Shown piece after piece: positions 61,103 through 64,000 of a stretch of DNA of 64,000 nucleotides. Location: the NCBI GenBank assembly GCA_002189035.1, contig CM007990.1, forward strand, positions 4,836,001 to 4,900,000, read 5' to 3'. The position numbers and the translations under genes are program-made. A model generated the notes under the pieces. The model was not told the origin of the DNA. It worked only from the letters and a program-made list of their open reading frames with translations, and ran no database searches. Source of the stretch: Utricularia gibba (taxonomy: Eukaryota; Plantae; Magnoliophyta). Each line of letters begins with the position of its first letter. Within the stretch, counting starts at the first letter, position 1.

Positions 61103-62825
61103 CTTGACCTGAACTTGACGAAGGGAGATGAATATATCACACATTTGGAGCTAGTTGTCGACAGCAAACGCCTTTGTGAACAGAATGTGAGGTAGGAACG
61201 CTAAGCCCACTTGGGTCAGAGACTGAGAATGGGCCGGCCACATCACCGACGTCTTCACGATGGGCGTAATTTTGAAAACTACCTAATGTATTACAGGGTG
61301 TTTAGAAAATTACCTACTGTTTGTAGTATGTGTTCTTAAGTTTAGAAAGTTATCACAAAATTCTGAAAAATCCAGAATAATTATTATTTTATTATTAAAT
61401 TTCAACATAATTTAAAATCCAGAAAAGTATAAGTATTAGAATATGATTTTAATTGAATAAAATTTCAACATAATATAAAATCCCTCTCATTTCAAGATGA
61501 AAGAATCATTTCGAATTTTTATGAGAATTAAACTTATATTTCATTCCATAAATGAAAAGTTAAAACTATATATTAAAAAAAGTTGGGTTTTTTAAGCTAA
61601 CTACAAATAAAAAGTATTTTTAGATTCATGTTGTTTTAGAGACATTGCTATTTTTTTTACAAGGTAAAACCCCAAAAGTGTGTTTTGCATAGAGGATAAA
61701 AGAGGACAGTTTAATAGGAAAAGAAAAATAAGATGTTTAGTAGTTGGAATAAATTATACTCAGAATAAATTATATCATAAATATGAAATATAATAATAGG
61801 AAGTAATGTATTAGGATAAAATAATATTGTCATATACCTAATTCTTATATATCACCTCTTATCTTTGATATAATTTATCCATGTATCAAATACATTCTAA
61901 GAACTGGAAATCAGCATCATTGGCTGGAGTTCATCCAAAACAAACCAAGAGGCAATTCAGTGTGTGTTCACGGGATACGATAGCAGTACTCACACGCCCT
62001 CGTTGATAACAAAATTCCCACACTAACTGCTGCAACGATCACTTAGAAGAATTGAAACAGGCAGAATATCATCCGTGCTAGGCCTAGCAATTCTTCCACT
62101 CCGATGAAGGAAACCACCCGCAGTCTGTTTATTCCTTCTACACAAATCCATTTTCAAGGTAAAAATATAATTTTTTTTTAGTTTTCTATGAAACCTGAAA
62201 ACTATATTGAATTAGGTTTCAAGCCTTAGCGCTTCACATTCTTATCAACAACATAGAAGAGAAAGTCAAGAATTTTATAATGATGGAATAACTTATTCTC
62301 ATAGGTCTTCACTTGAGTAAAGTGTTTCTAGGGATTTTTGTAAATCGTGTCATGAGTTTGCGAAAGAAAAAAGAATCGAATGAATCAAACTTAGGGTGCT
62401 TGATACCAATTGTAAATATATTTGTTGAAATTAAAGATGTGATGTATTGAACGAATACATATAAAATCTAAATAAACAAAAAACATAAATCATATTAACA
62501 AATATTAAATTTAATTTATTATTATTGATTTACAATTTATTATATAATTGATTGTTTTAATTTTATTTCTTAAGATATTATTGTTTATTCTAATAATATT
62601 AAAGTGAAAATTTGCGACTAGACTCCATATATTTGACATGACTGTAACACACAAGCACGAATCATACACTCAAGACTGCAAGCAAAGTCCATAGACCAAG
62701 TGTAATGGATTGGACCCAACATATTTGACCTAAAATAGGTCAAACGATATTACTGTAAAAATAACAAACCCCAGCCAACAGAAACAACGGCGTCACGAAG
62801 CGGAGATGCCGCAAACCATTCCTCC

Positions 62826-63014
62826 CTACACTAGCGGTGGAGGCGGAGTGGGCAGAGACTCGATATCATTCTGTTTTTCCGCCGGCGCCGGAGGCCAGAT
62901 TATGATCTCCCTTTTGGAAACTGCAAGCGCGGACATTCTCCGGTGGAGCGGAGAGGCCAAGCATGGCGCGATCACGAGCAGCAAGAAGACAGCCAAAGCT
63001 ATAGGTTTCTTCAT
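62826..63014 (-). CDS. Small secreted Pro-rich peptide precursor P4 (62 aa)
   Basis: MKKPIALAVFLLLVIAPCLASPLHRRMSALAVSKREIIIWPPAPAEKQNDIESLPTPPPPLV*; paralog of P2. The TAG sits where paralogs have GAG (E of EGGMV/EGELL). Confidence 0.75.
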   Translation of the reverse strand: MKKPIALAVFLLLVIAPCLASPLHRRMSALAVSKREIIIWPPAPAEKQNDIESLPTPPPPLV

Positions 63015-64000
63015 CCTGACCTGAACTTGACTTGGCTCCTCGCCGATCAAGGAGAGGCAAATATATACTACACTTGGAGCTACATGTCGACATTCGAAGC
63101 AAACGCCTTTGTGGACGGGATGTCAAGTGGGAACGCATGCACCCACTTGGTCGGAGACTAAGAATAGGCTAAGAAAATTGGACAGATCAGTGACACCCGG
63201 TTCTCCCCCATGACGATGGTCAAACTCTTTTGGCTTATTTAGATTATATTATTATATTTTCAGAATGATAGAATTAATATTTTGGTGTGTTTGGATATTT
63301 ATAGATTTAAATTATTTGAGTTTAGATAAACCTAAATATGTGGATTTAAGAATACTAATACTTTTCTTAAGTATAAATATATCCGTATATGAGAATATTA
63401 TATAAATATAATAATAATTATACTCAAATAATTGATATAATTATACTTTAATATCAAATAACATAATAAAATTAAAACTATTATATACCAATCTTATAAT
63501 TTCATATCAAACCAACCCTCTCAAATCTTAAAACTAGCGACGGACGATCGTGCCCGCGCCCCAACGGGCCCGCTGGTGGTAGTGGTTGATGGCGGTGGCG
63601 GGCAAAAAGCAAAGGGGGCGGCAGTGGCACGGTCGATGGTGGACGTCGGTGGCGGTGGCGGTTAACGTCCGCCAACCTGGGCAAGCTGCGCTGCGCTGTC
63701 TATTCTAGAATGAAAGCACACGAGTTGGACTGGTGCTCGTGGTCGTCCTGGTGGTGGTGTTTCTTACCGCCGTGGTAGTGTCCGTTGATTCGCCATAGGC
63801 GGCGAAACCCTAATCCGAGAGTTCTCCCTTTCGGAATCTGCGATCATCTAGTTGTGTGGAGATATCCGGGGCCTGAGAAAACGACACATTTCAAGAAATC
63901 TCTCTGCATCATGCCTTTGAATGAAGAGAAGAGAATAGAAGAAAACTCTCTGGAAAATGCTAGGCGCTGAACTTGCGTCCACGTGGCAACCCTCCGAAGT

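Noticed and set aside
56141-63014. P0-P4 as split burpitide precursors for the BURP cluster
   Set aside because: They lack repeated Tyr/Trp cores. The only Tyr (ELLY in P1) comes from a mutated stop codon, and they lie more than 14 kb from the array.

Overview
Flowering-plant genomic DNA (probably a eudicot) with compact genes, short introns and extremely AT-rich intergenic transposon relics. Left two-thirds (3.8-40.7 kb): a tandem array of polygalacturonase-1 beta-subunit-type BURP-domain genes. It has one canonical copy (A), seven derived copies (B-H) whose central FxxY-repeat region has been rebuilt, and one 9-codon stub. The array is interrupted by a 5.2-kb Ty1/copia element (359-bp LTRs, TCAGC target-site duplication), MITEs, TRIM relics and an ARF10/16/17 gene fragment. 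Right third: NIK3-like LRR receptor kinase, TBL O-acetyltransferase, PMEI/invertase inhibitor, neprosin (DUF239) protease and a lipase, all on +. These are followed by five minus-strand genes or pseudogenes for small secreted Pro-rich peptides, one of them spliced and absent from the ORF track. Most notable: (1) the derived BURP genes look like fused precursor-cyclase (burpitide-type RiPP) genes with hypervariable FxxY/FxxYxxY cores, and in copy B each repeat is its own phase-0 micro-exon; (2) the peptide family is one I cannot assign to a named class. Several single-base deletions in otherwise intact genes suggest long-read consensus errors. All exon calls and counts were made by hand from the sequence; no database searches were run.
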